From Acidimicrobiia bacterium (GTDB taxonomy: Bacteria > Actinomycetota > Acidimicrobiia > IMCC26256 > JACDBD01), in contig DASPXI010000030.1 of NCBI GenBank assembly GCA_035637335.1, positions 634 through 64,633 of the forward strand: a stretch of 64,000 nucleotides of DNA, in the 5' to 3' direction. Below are positions 8,118 through 17,101 of this stretch, piece by piece. Each line of letters begins with the position of its first letter. The first letter of the stretch is position 1. Below the pieces are notes generated by a model, which saw only the letters and a program-made list of their open reading frames with translations, ran no database searches and had not been told where the DNA came from. Both the position numbers and the translations under genes were made by a program.

Positions 8118-9047
8118 TCCGAAAGCGGGGTTCCGTCCCTGCGCACACCGGCAACGCGCCGCCACGGCCGCGGGATACGCCCCGGCTTGATGACGTCGGC
8201 GTCGATCAGAGCCTTGAGGACGGCGCGCGCGCATTGCCGGCGTAGCTCCAGGCGTCGTGGCAGTCGGCGAACCTTGCGCCAGGTGCGGAACGCAGGCAGC
8301 CCGACGGTTTGGTACACGAACGGCTGCACCATGAAATCGAACATGCCGACGATCCCGAAGGGCACGATTCGGCGCACCGCGAATCGATCGGTCCACGTTG
8401 CCTTCCGATAGTGCTCCCCGACGGTCGTGCGGGCGAAGGCGATGTGGCGGGCTTCCTCCAAGCGGTGGTAGCGGCTGACGTCGCGCACATAGTCGTCGGT
8501 CTCGGGATGCTCGGCTGCGAGCTTCTGGAAGAGGTCGGGGATCTCTTCGCCCGCCAGCACGAAGGCGTCGAGTGTTGCCGGGCGGCGCAGCAGCAACGGC
8601 AGCATGCGCGAGCGGATGCGAGCAGCGAGGGGACTCTCGAACGGGTTGCGCTGCTGAGGCTCGAGCTGGTCGACGAGGCGCACGAACAGGCGGGAGTGAC
8701 GCGTCTCCTCGCCGAGCTCGTGGAGCGCCGTACGTGAACCGGGCGTCGGTGACGTCAGTGCTCAGCGCGAGCTGGTACCCGAAGCCGGAGATGAGGATCG
8801 CCTCGAACAGGATCCCGAAGCGCACGATCGAAGCCATCTCCTCCCGGGCGAGCGTGGCGCGCTGTTCGGGGGTGAGATCGAGGTCGAGCCCGTCGATCGA
8901 GAGGAGCTCGTCCGGGATCACCTGCTGCTTGGTCAGGCTGCCGGTGACCTCTTCGTCGGGCTCGATGATCCGGCGCAGCGATGCCCGGTTCAGCTGCTCG
9001 ATCCGAGCCGTGCTGTCCTTCGGACGGGCGGTCTGTGTCGCTGTCAT
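8114..9047 (-). pseudogene. AurF-like diiron oxygenase, frameshifted near 8726
   Basis: The N-part (MTATQTARP...ILFEAILISGFGYQLA...FTYG) and the C-part (LHELGEETRHSRLF...YHRLEEARHIAF...) are in different frames. The total span is 934 nt, which is 3n+1. There is a good RBS (GGGAAG) before ATG 9047. Confidence 0.7.
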
Positions 9048-9156
9048 GGCTTGTCTTCCCTGGGCTCGAGGACGTCGAGATCGGTTGGTGGCGGCCCGCC
9101 GATAACGCCCAAACCGGGCGGTACCGACCGCACCTAGTCGCCTAATGTAAAGGATC

Positions 9157-9179
9157 TGAGGAATTGATGCAATCCCTCA
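9157..9179. promoter_or_regulatory. imperfect palindrome, candidate TetR operator
   Basis: TGAGGAATT-gatgc-AATCCCTCA (8 of 9 arm positions complementary) sits in the AT-richer divergent region between the oxygenase and the TetR gene. Confidence 0.45.
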
Positions 9180-9201
9180 TTTCAGGAGTTATGCTCTGAT
9201 C

Positions 9202-9810
9202 ATGGCGCAGCGAAACCCGTCGATGACCAAGGGCGAGCGCACCCGCCAGGCGTTGCTGGACGCGGCGATCGCCCGTTTCGGCCGTGACGGCTACCGCGGG
9301 ACCTCGGTCGCCGAGGTCGCCCGCGACGCGCGGCTGAGCGGCACCGCGGCGTACGTCTACTTTCCCAACAAGGAGGCGCTGTTCCTCGCCGCCGTCGATG
9401 AGGACGCCGCCGCCGTCGTCGACGAGGGGTTGGCCAGCCTCACCGACGCCGTGGATCTCGACCACTGGCGGGGGACGTTGATCTTCACGCTCCTGTCCGC
9501 GCTCGACCGCCATCCCCTGGCGCGGCGAGTCCTCACCGGCCTGGAGCCCGAGTTCACCGTGCGCCTGATCACGATCCCGGCGCTCGAGCAGCTGCGCAAG
9601 GAGTGCGGTGAGCGGATACGCGCCCAACAGCTCGCCGGGCAGGTCCGAACCGACATCGACGCCCAGCAGATCGCAAACGGACTGGTGACGATCGTGTTGT
9701 CGTTGCTCATGTCCTTGCTGCAGACGGGCACCGACCCGGCGACGCTGCTCGGCGCCGACGTCGCCGACGTCGCCGCCGTCGTCGAGGCCGCCCTCAGCCC
9801 GCCGCGTTAG
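9202..9810 (+). CDS. TetR family transcriptional regulator
   Basis: N-terminal HTH pattern ALLDAAIARFGRDGYRGTSVAEVARDARLSGTAAYVYFPNKEALF. Confidence 0.9.
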   Translation: MAQRNPSMTKGERTRQALLDAAIARFGRDGYRGTSVAEVARDARLSGTAAYVYFPNKEALFLAAVDEDAAAVVDEGLASLTDAVDLDHWRGTLIFTLLSALDRHPLARRVLTGLEPEFTVRLITIPALEQLRKECGERIRAQQLAGQVRTDIDAQQIANGLVTIVLSLLMSLLQTGTDPATLLGADVADVAAVVEAALSPPR

Positions 9811-9818
9811 CTGTCGCC

Positions 9819-10361
9819 GTGAGCGCGTCACCGGAGCGACGTTCGCTGGTCGGCCCGGTGCTCGTCAGCCTGGGGTTCGTCCTGTTCGTCGGCCCTGGAC
9901 CGCTCATCGTGCTCGTGCCGTGGCTCCTGTCGGGCTGGGAACTGCACGAGCCTTTGCTCGGATGGAGCTGGCTGCGGGGGCTCGGGATCGCCCTCATCGT
10001 CGTCGGGGTCCCGGTGCTCGCCGAGTCGATCGTCCGCTTCGTGTGGAAAGGTCGGGGAACGCTCACGCCGGCGGTTCCGACCCAGCATCTCGTGATCAGC
10101 GGCCTCTACCGGTTCGTCCGGAACCCGATGTATCTCGGAGTGGTCACGATCATCGTCGGCGAGGCGTTACTGCTCGGCAGTGGTGACGTGCTGATTTATG
10201 CCGCCGTTGTCGCCCTCGGCTTCCATCTCTTCGTCGTGCTGTACGAGGAGCCAACGCTGCGCCGGACGCACGGGTCCGAGTACGACGGGTATTGCAAGCA
10301 GGTCCGGCGCTGGATCCCCCGGTTCATACCCGTTCAACCATCCACGGGGACCGACACCTAA
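9819..10361 (+). CDS. isoprenylcysteine carboxyl methyltransferase (ICMT)-like membrane methyltransferase
   Basis: Multi-TM protein with LVISGLYRFVRNPMYLG...EEPTLRRTHGSEYDGY. It starts 9 nt after the TetR stop. Confidence 0.7.
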   Translation: MSASPERRSLVGPVLVSLGFVLFVGPGPLIVLVPWLLSGWELHEPLLGWSWLRGLGIALIVVGVPVLAESIVRFVWKGRGTLTPAVPTQHLVISGLYRFVRNPMYLGVVTIIVGEALLLGSGDVLIYAAVVALGFHLFVVLYEEPTLRRTHGSEYDGYCKQVRRWIPRFIPVQPSTGTDT

Positions 10362-10453
10362 ATGCGCTCGCTTCGGTCGCCTCTCACAGCCCCGTCGATG
10401 AGTTCACTCGGCATGGCACTTCCCGTACTTCAACGACGAAATGGGCGCCGCCC

Positions 10454-10764
10454 GTGGCGCGGTACATGGTCTCTTGGAGAGCGAATCCGTCCGCTTGGCC
10501 CACTAACCCGAAAGAAGTGCTTGGTGTTCTGGAAGCCGCGACTGGTGGTGGCGATCAACTGCTTGCGGGAGGAGCGCTGAAGGAGCTCGGCTGGTTCACG
10601 CCCCAGGAGGGCTTTGGCATCTTTGAGGCGGACTCGAAAGAGAGCGTCCTCGGGATGGTGCAGGGGTTCTTCCCTACTACGGAATGGATGTCCAAGAAAT
10701 CGTGCCGTGGGAGACGGGCAAGAAAGCGATTCTCGACAGCGCCCGTCAGGCTGCCGCTCGCTGA
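10454..10764 (+). pseudogene. small DUF3303-like protein, frameshifted at a C-run (10672-10674)
   Basis: (MAR)YMVSWRANP...GMVQGFF continues sensibly only in the -1 frame (PYYGMDVQEIVPWETGKKAILDSARQAAAR-stop at 10762-10764). Four Cs are needed but three are present. Confidence 0.55.
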
Positions 10765-10769
10765 GAAGT

Positions 10770-11444
10770 TCAGGAGGGTCGGACCAGAAGGGCGCGCTCC
10801 TCGTCGACGATTGCCCGGCAATAGCAACCCTCGAGGTGGTCGTTGACGAGTCCCAAGGCCTGCATGGCCGCGTAGACGGTCGTCGGACCGACGAAACGAA
10901 AGCCGCGGCGGTGCAACTCCTTGGACAACTCCTTTGCTTCTGGTCTGAACGGAGGAAGCTCGGGAAGGGTGCGGAAAGGACCCATCGGCAGCGGTTCGTA
11001 GCGCCAGACGAGTGCGGCGAGCGATCCCTCGCTCGCCTGCACCTCGAGCACGGCGCGCGCGTTCGCGACCGTGGCCTCGATCTTGCCTCGGTGGCGCACG
11101 ATGCCGGCGTCACCCAGGAGGAGATCGACGTCGCTCTCGTCGAAGGCGGCGACCTTGTCTGGCTCGAAACCGTGGAAGGCGCGACGGAAACCCTCCCGTT
11201 TCCGGAGAATGGTCAGCCACGCCAGCCCGCTCTGGAAGCCTTCGAGGCTCAGCTTCTCGAAGATGCGCACGTCGTCGATGACCGGGCGACCCCACTCCTC
11301 GTCGTGGTAACGCCGATATTCCTCGAGTTCGATGCCCCACGGGCACCGCTTCAAGCCATCGCCGGACTCCAGAACCTTGTCTTCCACGAGGTCATTGTGG
11401 TACCACCGCCATCCCGACGTGTGATCCCGCGGTACGGGACGCAA
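10770..11444 (-). CDS. tag: DNA-3-methyladenine glycosylase I
   Basis: RCPWG...YHDEEWGRPV...FEKLSLEGFQSGLAWLTILRKRE...VGPTTVYAAMQALGLVNDH are hallmark Tag motifs. The start is uncertain and the N-terminus may be shorter. Confidence 0.85.
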   Translation of the reverse strand: MRPVPRDHTSGWRWYHNDLVEDKVLESGDGLKRCPWGIELEEYRRYHDEEWGRPVIDDVRIFEKLSLEGFQSGLAWLTILRKREGFRRAFHGFEPDKVAAFDESDVDLLLGDAGIVRHRGKIEATVANARAVLEVQASEGSLAALVWRYEPLPMGPFRTLPELPPFRPEAKELSKELHRRGFRFVGPTTVYAAMQALGLVNDHLEGCYCRAIVDEERALLVRPS

Positions 11445-11542
11445 CGAATCGGTGGTCGTCAGCGTCTCTTCTTCTGAGCCCTGGGGATAGTGGGCGCAGG
11501 CCGAAGCGCCTGCCTGGGCTGCACAGTACAGAGAGCGGTGTC

Positions 11543-11959
11543 ATGACGGACGTGGACGAAGCCCAGACTGAACTGATGCGGCAGACGGTTCCATTCGCGG
11601 CTGCGCTCGGGATCGAGGTCATCACGAGCCGCCCCGAAGAAGTACGGGCGCGCGTGGCCTGGCAGCCGGATCGGTGCACAACCGCCGGAGTCCTGCATGG
11701 GGGCGTGATCATGAGCCTCGCCGACACCACCGGCGCCACCTGCGCCGTTCAGAACCTCCCCGCTGACGCGGCCGGTACGACCACGGTCGAGAGCAAGACC
11801 AACTTCCTGCGCGCCGTGCGCGATGGCTACGCGGAAGCGGTCTCCCGTCCGCTGCACGCTGGCCGCACGGTGGTGGTCATCGAAACCGACGTCACTGACG
11901 CCGATCGGCGGCCGGTCGCGAAGGTGCTGCAGACGCAGGCGGTACTGCGCGCCACATGA
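11543..11959 (+). CDS. PaaI-family hotdog thioesterase
   Basis: 138 aa with GVLHGGVIMSLADTTGA...TTVESKTNFLRAV...GRTVVV pattern. Confidence 0.8.
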   Translation: MTDVDEAQTELMRQTVPFAAALGIEVITSRPEEVRARVAWQPDRCTTAGVLHGGVIMSLADTTGATCAVQNLPADAAGTTTVESKTNFLRAVRDGYAEAVSRPLHAGRTVVVIETDVTDADRRPVAKVLQTQAVLRAT

Positions 11960-11968
11960 CGCGCTGCG

Positions 11969-13396
11969 TCACGCGCCGACGAGACGCTCGATCAGGTCGA
12001 GGTACTGCATGAGGCTGCGCACCGGCAGGAACTCGTCGCGCACGCGCTCTTGAGCTTCCCGGCCGAGACGCCGGGCGCGCTCGGGATCTCGGAGCAGGCC
12101 GAGCACGGCGGCCCCGTAGGCGGCGAGATCGAAGGGGTCGTCGAGCAGAAGGCCGCTCACCCCGTCGACGATCTGGTCCTGGATGCCGCCGATGCGGCTG
12201 GCGACGACCGGTCGCGCCTTCCACATCGCTTCCGCGACCGTGAGCCCGAAGCCCTCGGCGATGCTCTTCTGCACGACGACGTTGGCCCGGCGCTGCAGCG
12301 CGTTCACGATGGCCGCGTTCTCCTCGAGATCGTCCATCGGCAGGCACGCGAGGTGCAAGCGCGGTTGCACCTCGGCCGGCGACCGCTCGTAGAGCTCGTG
12401 AACCTCTTCGAGGACGGCTTTGCCCTCCGGGTCGTCCGCCACTGCAGCGACCGACGGCCCTGCGTACACGAGATGGGCGTCGGAGGCGGGCGCAATGTGG
12501 TCGACGAACCCCTGAATGACACCCACCGGGTCCTTGAGGCGGTCCCAGCGCGAGACCTGCAGGACCATCGGGTCGTCGGCCCGCAGCGGTCCGCCCTCGA
12601 CGATCTCCGCCCGGCGTTCAACCCACCCGGTGCTGCCGTCTTCTCGCGTGAATCGTGGATCGCCGCCGGGGCGGTCTGCGTCGAAGCCGGTGACACCGAG
12701 GATGGCTCGCACCGTCGCCGGGTCGAGTTCCTGATTCTTCGGCGAGAACGCGTCGATCACCGGCGCGATCAGCTCAATCTTCGCGTCGTCGAGTCCCTCC
12801 CACACGAATGCGCGCCGCGAGAACACGTACGCATCGGCCGGCTCGACGTAGGGGATGAGGAATCGCCAGGCGCGCCGGGCCACGTCACTCGGAATGTCAA
12901 TGCCGACGTGGCAACGCCAGATGACCGGCACGCTCAGTTCCTTCTTGAGCTCGGGGATCAGTCCCGCCGGCTGGGGATCGTGGACGATCACGACGTCGTC
13001 CGGGCGGACCCGCTCCACGAGCTCGGCGAGGTTCGGCGCCAACGCCGACTCATACACCTCCCGCTCGGCGTCGCCGAGGGGGCCGCCGTCACCGGGTGCC
13101 GAATGCAGGTTGTTGTGAATACGTTTGGTGATCTCGAAGAAGGCCTCATTGCCACTGATGACTTCCCAACGCGCATCGACGCCGGCGGCGTGGGCGTAGG
13201 CCAGGAGCGAGATCAACATCTCGGCCACTCCGCCGCCGCGGGCCGTCGAGTTGATATTCCACACGGCTCGATTACCGATGACCCGATGCGCGCGTTCCAC
13301 AGCCTCGAGCACCTGGGCGTAGCGGTCGGGCGGGAGGATCGCCTTGAAGCGCTCGAAGGGAAGCGAGCCGATGGGAACGGAGGTGAGGGCGGTCAC
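11969..13396 (-). CDS. treT: GT4 glycosyltransferase closely resembling trehalose glycosyltransferring synthase
   Basis: Blocks match my memory of archaeal TreT: INSTARGGGVAEML, ARWEVISG..FFEITKRIHNNLH, HDPQPAGLI, WRCHVGID, QVSRWD and SIAEGFGLTVAEAMWKARPVV..RIGGIQDQIVDG. Confidence 0.7.
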   Translation of the reverse strand: MTALTSVPIGSLPFERFKAILPPDRYAQVLEAVERAHRVIGNRAVWNINSTARGGGVAEMLISLLAYAHAAGVDARWEVISGNEAFFEITKRIHNNLHSAPGDGGPLGDAEREVYESALAPNLAELVERVRPDDVVIVHDPQPAGLIPELKKELSVPVIWRCHVGIDIPSDVARRAWRFLIPYVEPADAYVFSRRAFVWEGLDDAKIELIAPVIDAFSPKNQELDPATVRAILGVTGFDADRPGGDPRFTREDGSTGWVERRAEIVEGGPLRADDPMVLQVSRWDRLKDPVGVIQGFVDHIAPASDAHLVYAGPSVAAVADDPEGKAVLEEVHELYERSPAEVQPRLHLACLPMDDLEENAAIVNALQRRANVVVQKSIAEGFGLTVAEAMWKARPVVASRIGGIQDQIVDGVSGLLLDDPFDLAAYGAAVLGLLRDPERARRLGREAQERVRDEFLPVRSLMQYLDLIERLVGA

Positions 13397-13422
13397 GTGG
13401 TCGGACCTGTCGGGCGCCGCGC

Positions 13423-13932
13423 TTAGCTCGGCGGTCGGGCGTTGATGACGAGCGTGAAGATCGATGTCACGACCGGCTCACCGGAGTCGGGGTCCTTCCA
13501 GTCGGTCTCGGTCACGTAGAACTCGAGCTTCCCGCCGTTGGACCGTTCCTTCTCGTAGACATCAGTGATCACCGTCGTGCCCTCGAGAACGTCACCGACC
13601 TTCGGCCAGCGGTGGTATTCGAACGCCTGCTCGCCGTGGAGGATGGCGCGACCCGGCCCGCGGAGACGGTCGATGGGCAGGCCGGCGGCGCCGCCGGTGC
13701 CGAGCGAGCCCCAGTACGGCATCACGAACGGGAAGGTCGGCGGCACGGGCGCGCCGTCACGGGTGTATGCCTCGCTGGTGTCTCCGAGCGCCTCCGCAAA
13801 CACGCGCACCGGGCCGCGCTCGATGACGACCTTCTGCGTACCCGTCCGCTGTCCCTTGAGCTCGGTCAATGCCAATGCATCTCCGATCGCCGTCGCAAGC
13901 TCCGGCTGCGTTTTCTCCTGTCGCCCTCGCAA
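13423..13932 (-). CDS. MaoC-like dehydratase, N-terminal-type hotdog subunit
   Basis: Paralog of 42069-42563 (VVIERGPV..FAEALGD..., LHGEQAFEYHRWPKVGDV...). The start is uncertain; TTG 13869 matches the paralog length better than TTG 13932. Confidence 0.75.
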   Translation of the reverse strand: MRGRQEKTQPELATAIGDALALTELKGQRTGTQKVVIERGPVRVFAEALGDTSEAYTRDGAPVPPTFPFVMPYWGSLGTGGAAGLPIDRLRGPGRAILHGEQAFEYHRWPKVGDVLEGTTVITDVYEKERSNGGKLEFYVTETDWKDPDSGEPVVTSIFTLVINARPPS

Positions 13933-13966
13933 GGCTCAGGCTTTGCGGCAACGGCGGCAAACTAGC

Positions 13967-14503
13967 TCAGAGGCCCAGGCGTTCGTTCGCTTCCTCGAAG
14001 ACGCGCCACGGCGGTCCGACCTCGTGCGCCTCCCGGAGCGTGTCCGGCTCCCATTGCGACACGTCGCGGTTGAAGAAGTCGCCACCGTAGACGTGGATGG
14101 ACCCGGTGCACTCACCGAGTGGGTTGTGCACGGCGTGGATCACATCGTCGCCGAGGAGCACGACGTCGGCGGCCGACAGCTCGCGGGTGCGGCGAGGCTC
14201 GATGCTGTCGTCGGCCCGCCGGTAGAACGTGTTGTCCTCCTGCCCGGTATAGATCCCGATCGCCGCCCACATGCTGTGGTCGTGGGGCCAGATGCTCATG
14301 CCCGGCGCCCATACGACCTTCAGCACGGTGAGCTCGGGGGAGTGGTGCAGCGTCGTCAACTCGGCGCGCTCTGCCGGCAGCGCGGTATCGCAGCCCGACG
14401 CCGGGTCGACGGTCCGTTCGAGGAGGTCCGCGATCGCGAGGCGAGGCTCCGCCTCAGCAAGACAGCCCCGACACTCCGCGACGAACGCTTCGACATCCAG
14501 CAT
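13967..14503 (-). CDS. cupin-fold metalloprotein (double-stranded beta-helix, cysteine-dioxygenase-like)
   Basis: 178 aa with WAPGMSIWPHDHSMWA...IHAVHNP His-rich cupin motifs. Confidence 0.6.
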   Translation of the reverse strand: MLDVEAFVAECRGCLAEAEPRLAIADLLERTVDPASGCDTALPAERAELTTLHHSPELTVLKVVWAPGMSIWPHDHSMWAAIGIYTGQEDNTFYRRADDSIEPRRTRELSAADVVLLGDDVIHAVHNPLGECTGSIHVYGGDFFNRDVSQWEPDTLREAHEVGPPWRVFEEANERLGL

Positions 14504-14512
14504 GTGACCAGG

Positions 14513-16063
14513 CTACGCCGGACGCGCCGCGGCCGCCTCTCCCGCGGCGCGCTCGACGAGTCGGTGCTTCATGACCTTGCCAGTCGCGTTTCGCGGCAGT
14601 ATGTCGATGAACGTGACTTGGCGGGGCCGCTTGTAGTCGGCCAGATGCAGAGCACAGAAGTCCTTCAGCTCGTCCTCACTGATGGTGGTGCCGGGCTTGC
14701 GGACCACGAACGCGGCGATGTCCTCGCCGAGGACGTCGTGCGGCACGCCGACGACGGCTGCTTCTTGCACGCGCGGATGCTCGAGGATCACGCTCTCGAT
14801 GTCGGTCGGGTAGACGTTGTGGCCACCCCGGACGATCAGGTCCTTCTTGCGCCCGACGAGGTACAGGAACCCGTCCTCGTCGAGATAGCCGAGGTCACCG
14901 CTGCGCAACCAGCCGTCACTCGTCCACGTGTTCGCCGTGGCTTCCGCGTCCCTGTAGTACTCGCGCCGGTAGCCGCGCAATCGCGTGAGCAGCTCACCGA
15001 CCTCGCCCACCTCGCAATCATTGTCGGCCTCGTCGACGATCTTGATCTCCATCGGCGGGATCGGCTTCCCCACCGAGCCGATGCGCTTCGTCACGTCCTC
15101 CTTCGGCATGACGATGTACGCAGGGCCCGCTTCGGTCATGCCATACGAGTTCGACACGGTCGCGTTCGGGAGCCGCTCTTGCAGCGCAAGCAGCGTGTTC
15201 GGGGCAAGCGGTGCGCTGCCGATCGAAACTGCCTGCAGGCTGTCGAGGTCCGCGGTCGGGAAGTCGGGATGAGCGACGAGTAGCTCGGCCATCGCCGGCA
15301 CGAGGAACGCCATGCTCGGACGTTCACGCGCGACGATCCGCAGCCATTCGCCGGCGTCGAACTTCGGTTGGTACAGACCGCGCATGCCCATCTTCATCGG
15401 GTTGTAGATGAAGGAGATGCCCGCGAACGTGAACAAGGGCGCGCCATGGAGCCAGCCCGCGCCTGTCCACGGCGGCTCGTTGTTGGGGATCATGGCGATG
15501 TTGCCGTGCCGGACGGCGACCCCCTTGGGCAGGCCAGTGGTGCCCGAGGTGTACATGATGTCGGCGAGGTCGTCGGGCCCGACTTCCGTCCGGTATTCGC
15601 CGTCGTCGGCGTCGAAGGCGTCGTCCCAGGCGACGTCGCCTTCTTCGGCGCCGTCGCTCACGAGGAGCTCGATCGATGGCAGCGCTCGTGAAACGTCGCG
15701 CGCATTGCCGAGTAGGGATGCAGACGTCAGCAGCGCGCGAACCTCGGCGTGCCCGAGGATCGCCGTCAGCTCCCGGACCGACAGCCGGGTGTTCGTCGGC
15801 ACCGTCACCGCGCCCGCCTTGTGCACGGCCGCGTAGGCGACGACCCAGCGGATGCACTCCTCGCTCGGCAGGTAGATCGAGACGCGGTCGCCCGACCGCA
15901 CACCTCGCCCGGCGAGACCGCGGGCCAGTGCATTCGAGCGGGCGTCCCAGTCACCGAACGTGATCGCACCGTCCGAACCCAGGTCGCGGTACGCGATCTC
16001 GTCGCCGAAGCGCCGCGCCATGAAGCGCAGCTGATCGACGAGGAGGTCCCCCCAGTCGGGCAT
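14513..16063 (-). CDS. acyl-CoA synthetase (AMP-binding family)
   Basis: IMYTSGTTGLPKGV, YGMTEAG and GWLRSGDLGYLDEDGFLYLVGRKKDLIVRGGHNVYP. ATG 16063 lies 2 nt after the upstream stop. The track ORF is over-extended to 16198. Confidence 0.9.
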   Translation of the reverse strand: MPDWGDLLVDQLRFMARRFGDEIAYRDLGSDGAITFGDWDARSNALARGLAGRGVRSGDRVSIYLPSEECIRWVVAYAAVHKAGAVTVPTNTRLSVRELTAILGHAEVRALLTSASLLGNARDVSRALPSIELLVSDGAEEGDVAWDDAFDADDGEYRTEVGPDDLADIMYTSGTTGLPKGVAVRHGNIAMIPNNEPPWTGAGWLHGAPLFTFAGISFIYNPMKMGMRGLYQPKFDAGEWLRIVARERPSMAFLVPAMAELLVAHPDFPTADLDSLQAVSIGSAPLAPNTLLALQERLPNATVSNSYGMTEAGPAYIVMPKEDVTKRIGSVGKPIPPMEIKIVDEADNDCEVGEVGELLTRLRGYRREYYRDAEATANTWTSDGWLRSGDLGYLDEDGFLYLVGRKKDLIVRGGHNVYPTDIESVILEHPRVQEAAVVGVPHDVLGEDIAAFVVRKPGTTISEDELKDFCALHLADYKRPRQVTFIDILPRNATGKVMKHRLVERAAGEAAAARPA

Positions 16064-16065
16064 GG

Positions 16066-16989
16066 CTACATCGAGAAGGCCATGCCCGGGATGGCGCTGC
16101 CGTTCTCGGCCGGTGCGAACAGCTCGGCCTTGTGAGCGATGAGCTCGTCGACCGTCCAGCGTTTCGCGCCCGCGCCGAGCTCGTTGACGAGCGACCAACC
16201 GCGCATCAGGTAGACGCGATCACCCCACATGACGAAGACCTGTCCGCTCACGTCGCCGGCGGCGTCGCTGGCGAGGAAGCCGATGAGCGGCGCCATGTTG
16301 TCCGGGTCCCAGGCGTCGAACTCGCCTTCCTTTGCCGCCATGAGCTGGTCGGCGCCGGCGACGGTCTCGGTCAGGCGTGTGCGGGCGCGCGGCGCGATTG
16401 CGTTCACGGTCACCCCGTACTTCTGGAGCTCGCGCGCCAACACGATGGTCATCGACGCGATCCCGGCCTTCGCTGCCGCGTAGTTCGACTGGCCCGCGTT
16501 CCCGAACAGGCCCGACTCACTCGACGTATTGATGATCCGTCCAGCGACCGGCTGACCCGCTTTGGCAAGCTCACGCCAGTACTTGGCGGCGAACCGGCTC
16601 GGTGCGAAATGACCCTTGAGGTGCACGCGGATGACGGAGTCCCAGTCCTGCTCGGACAGGTTGAAGCTCATGCCATCGCGCAGGATGCCGGCGTTGTTCA
16701 CGAGGATGTCGAGCTTGCCGAACGTCTCGATCGCCTGTCCGACGAGCGACTCGGCGCCGGACCATGACGCGACGTCGTCGTAGTTGGCGATGGCCTCGCC
16801 GCCTCCGGCGACGATCTCGTCGGCCACCTCCTGCGCGGGCGTCTTGTCGGCACCCTCGCCCTCTCGCGCGCCACCGAGGTCGTTGACGACCACCTTGGTG
16901 CCTTCGCCGGCGAGCAGCAGCGCCTCCCCTCGACCGATCCCGCGGCCGGCGCCGGTGACGATGGCGACCTTGCCATCGACCGTTCCCAT
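16066..16989 (-). CDS. SDR, MFE-2-type 3-hydroxyacyl-CoA dehydrogenase-like
   Basis: GKVAIVTGAGRGIGRGEALLLA..VVVNDLGG...NNAGILRD...SNYAAAKAG. ATG 16989 is preceded by GGAAGGGAG. Paralog of 40997-41932. Confidence 0.85.
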   Translation of the reverse strand: MGTVDGKVAIVTGAGRGIGRGEALLLAGEGTKVVVNDLGGAREGEGADKTPAQEVADEIVAGGGEAIANYDDVASWSGAESLVGQAIETFGKLDILVNNAGILRDGMSFNLSEQDWDSVIRVHLKGHFAPSRFAAKYWRELAKAGQPVAGRIINTSSESGLFGNAGQSNYAAAKAGIASMTIVLARELQKYGVTVNAIAPRARTRLTETVAGADQLMAAKEGEFDAWDPDNMAPLIGFLASDAAGDVSGQVFVMWGDRVYLMRGWSLVNELGAGAKRWTVDELIAHKAELFAPAENGSAIPGMAFSM

Positions 16990-17040
16990 GCACGCTCCCT
17001 TCCTCTCTCGACTGCCCACGATCTCCGGACGGCGACATTA

Positions 17041-17056
17041 CTGACTTGGACGTCAG
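17041..17056. promoter_or_regulatory. palindromic operator candidate CTGAC-N6-GTCAG
   Basis: ttaCTGACttggacGTCAGgta lies in the divergent region between the SDR operon (16989) and the thiolase (17102). Confidence 0.6.
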
Positions 17057-17101
17057 GTACGCTCCTCGCAGATCGCGCACCGAACGCCGGAGGGGATCAC
17101 C

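Noticed and set aside
7692-9047. A single 451-aa protein as given by the ORF track
   Set aside because: It is a chimera. Residues 1-107 are the oxygenase N-terminus, the middle is an out-of-frame read through the oxygenase C-half, and the last 142 aa are the next gene (SDR remnant) read in the same frame.
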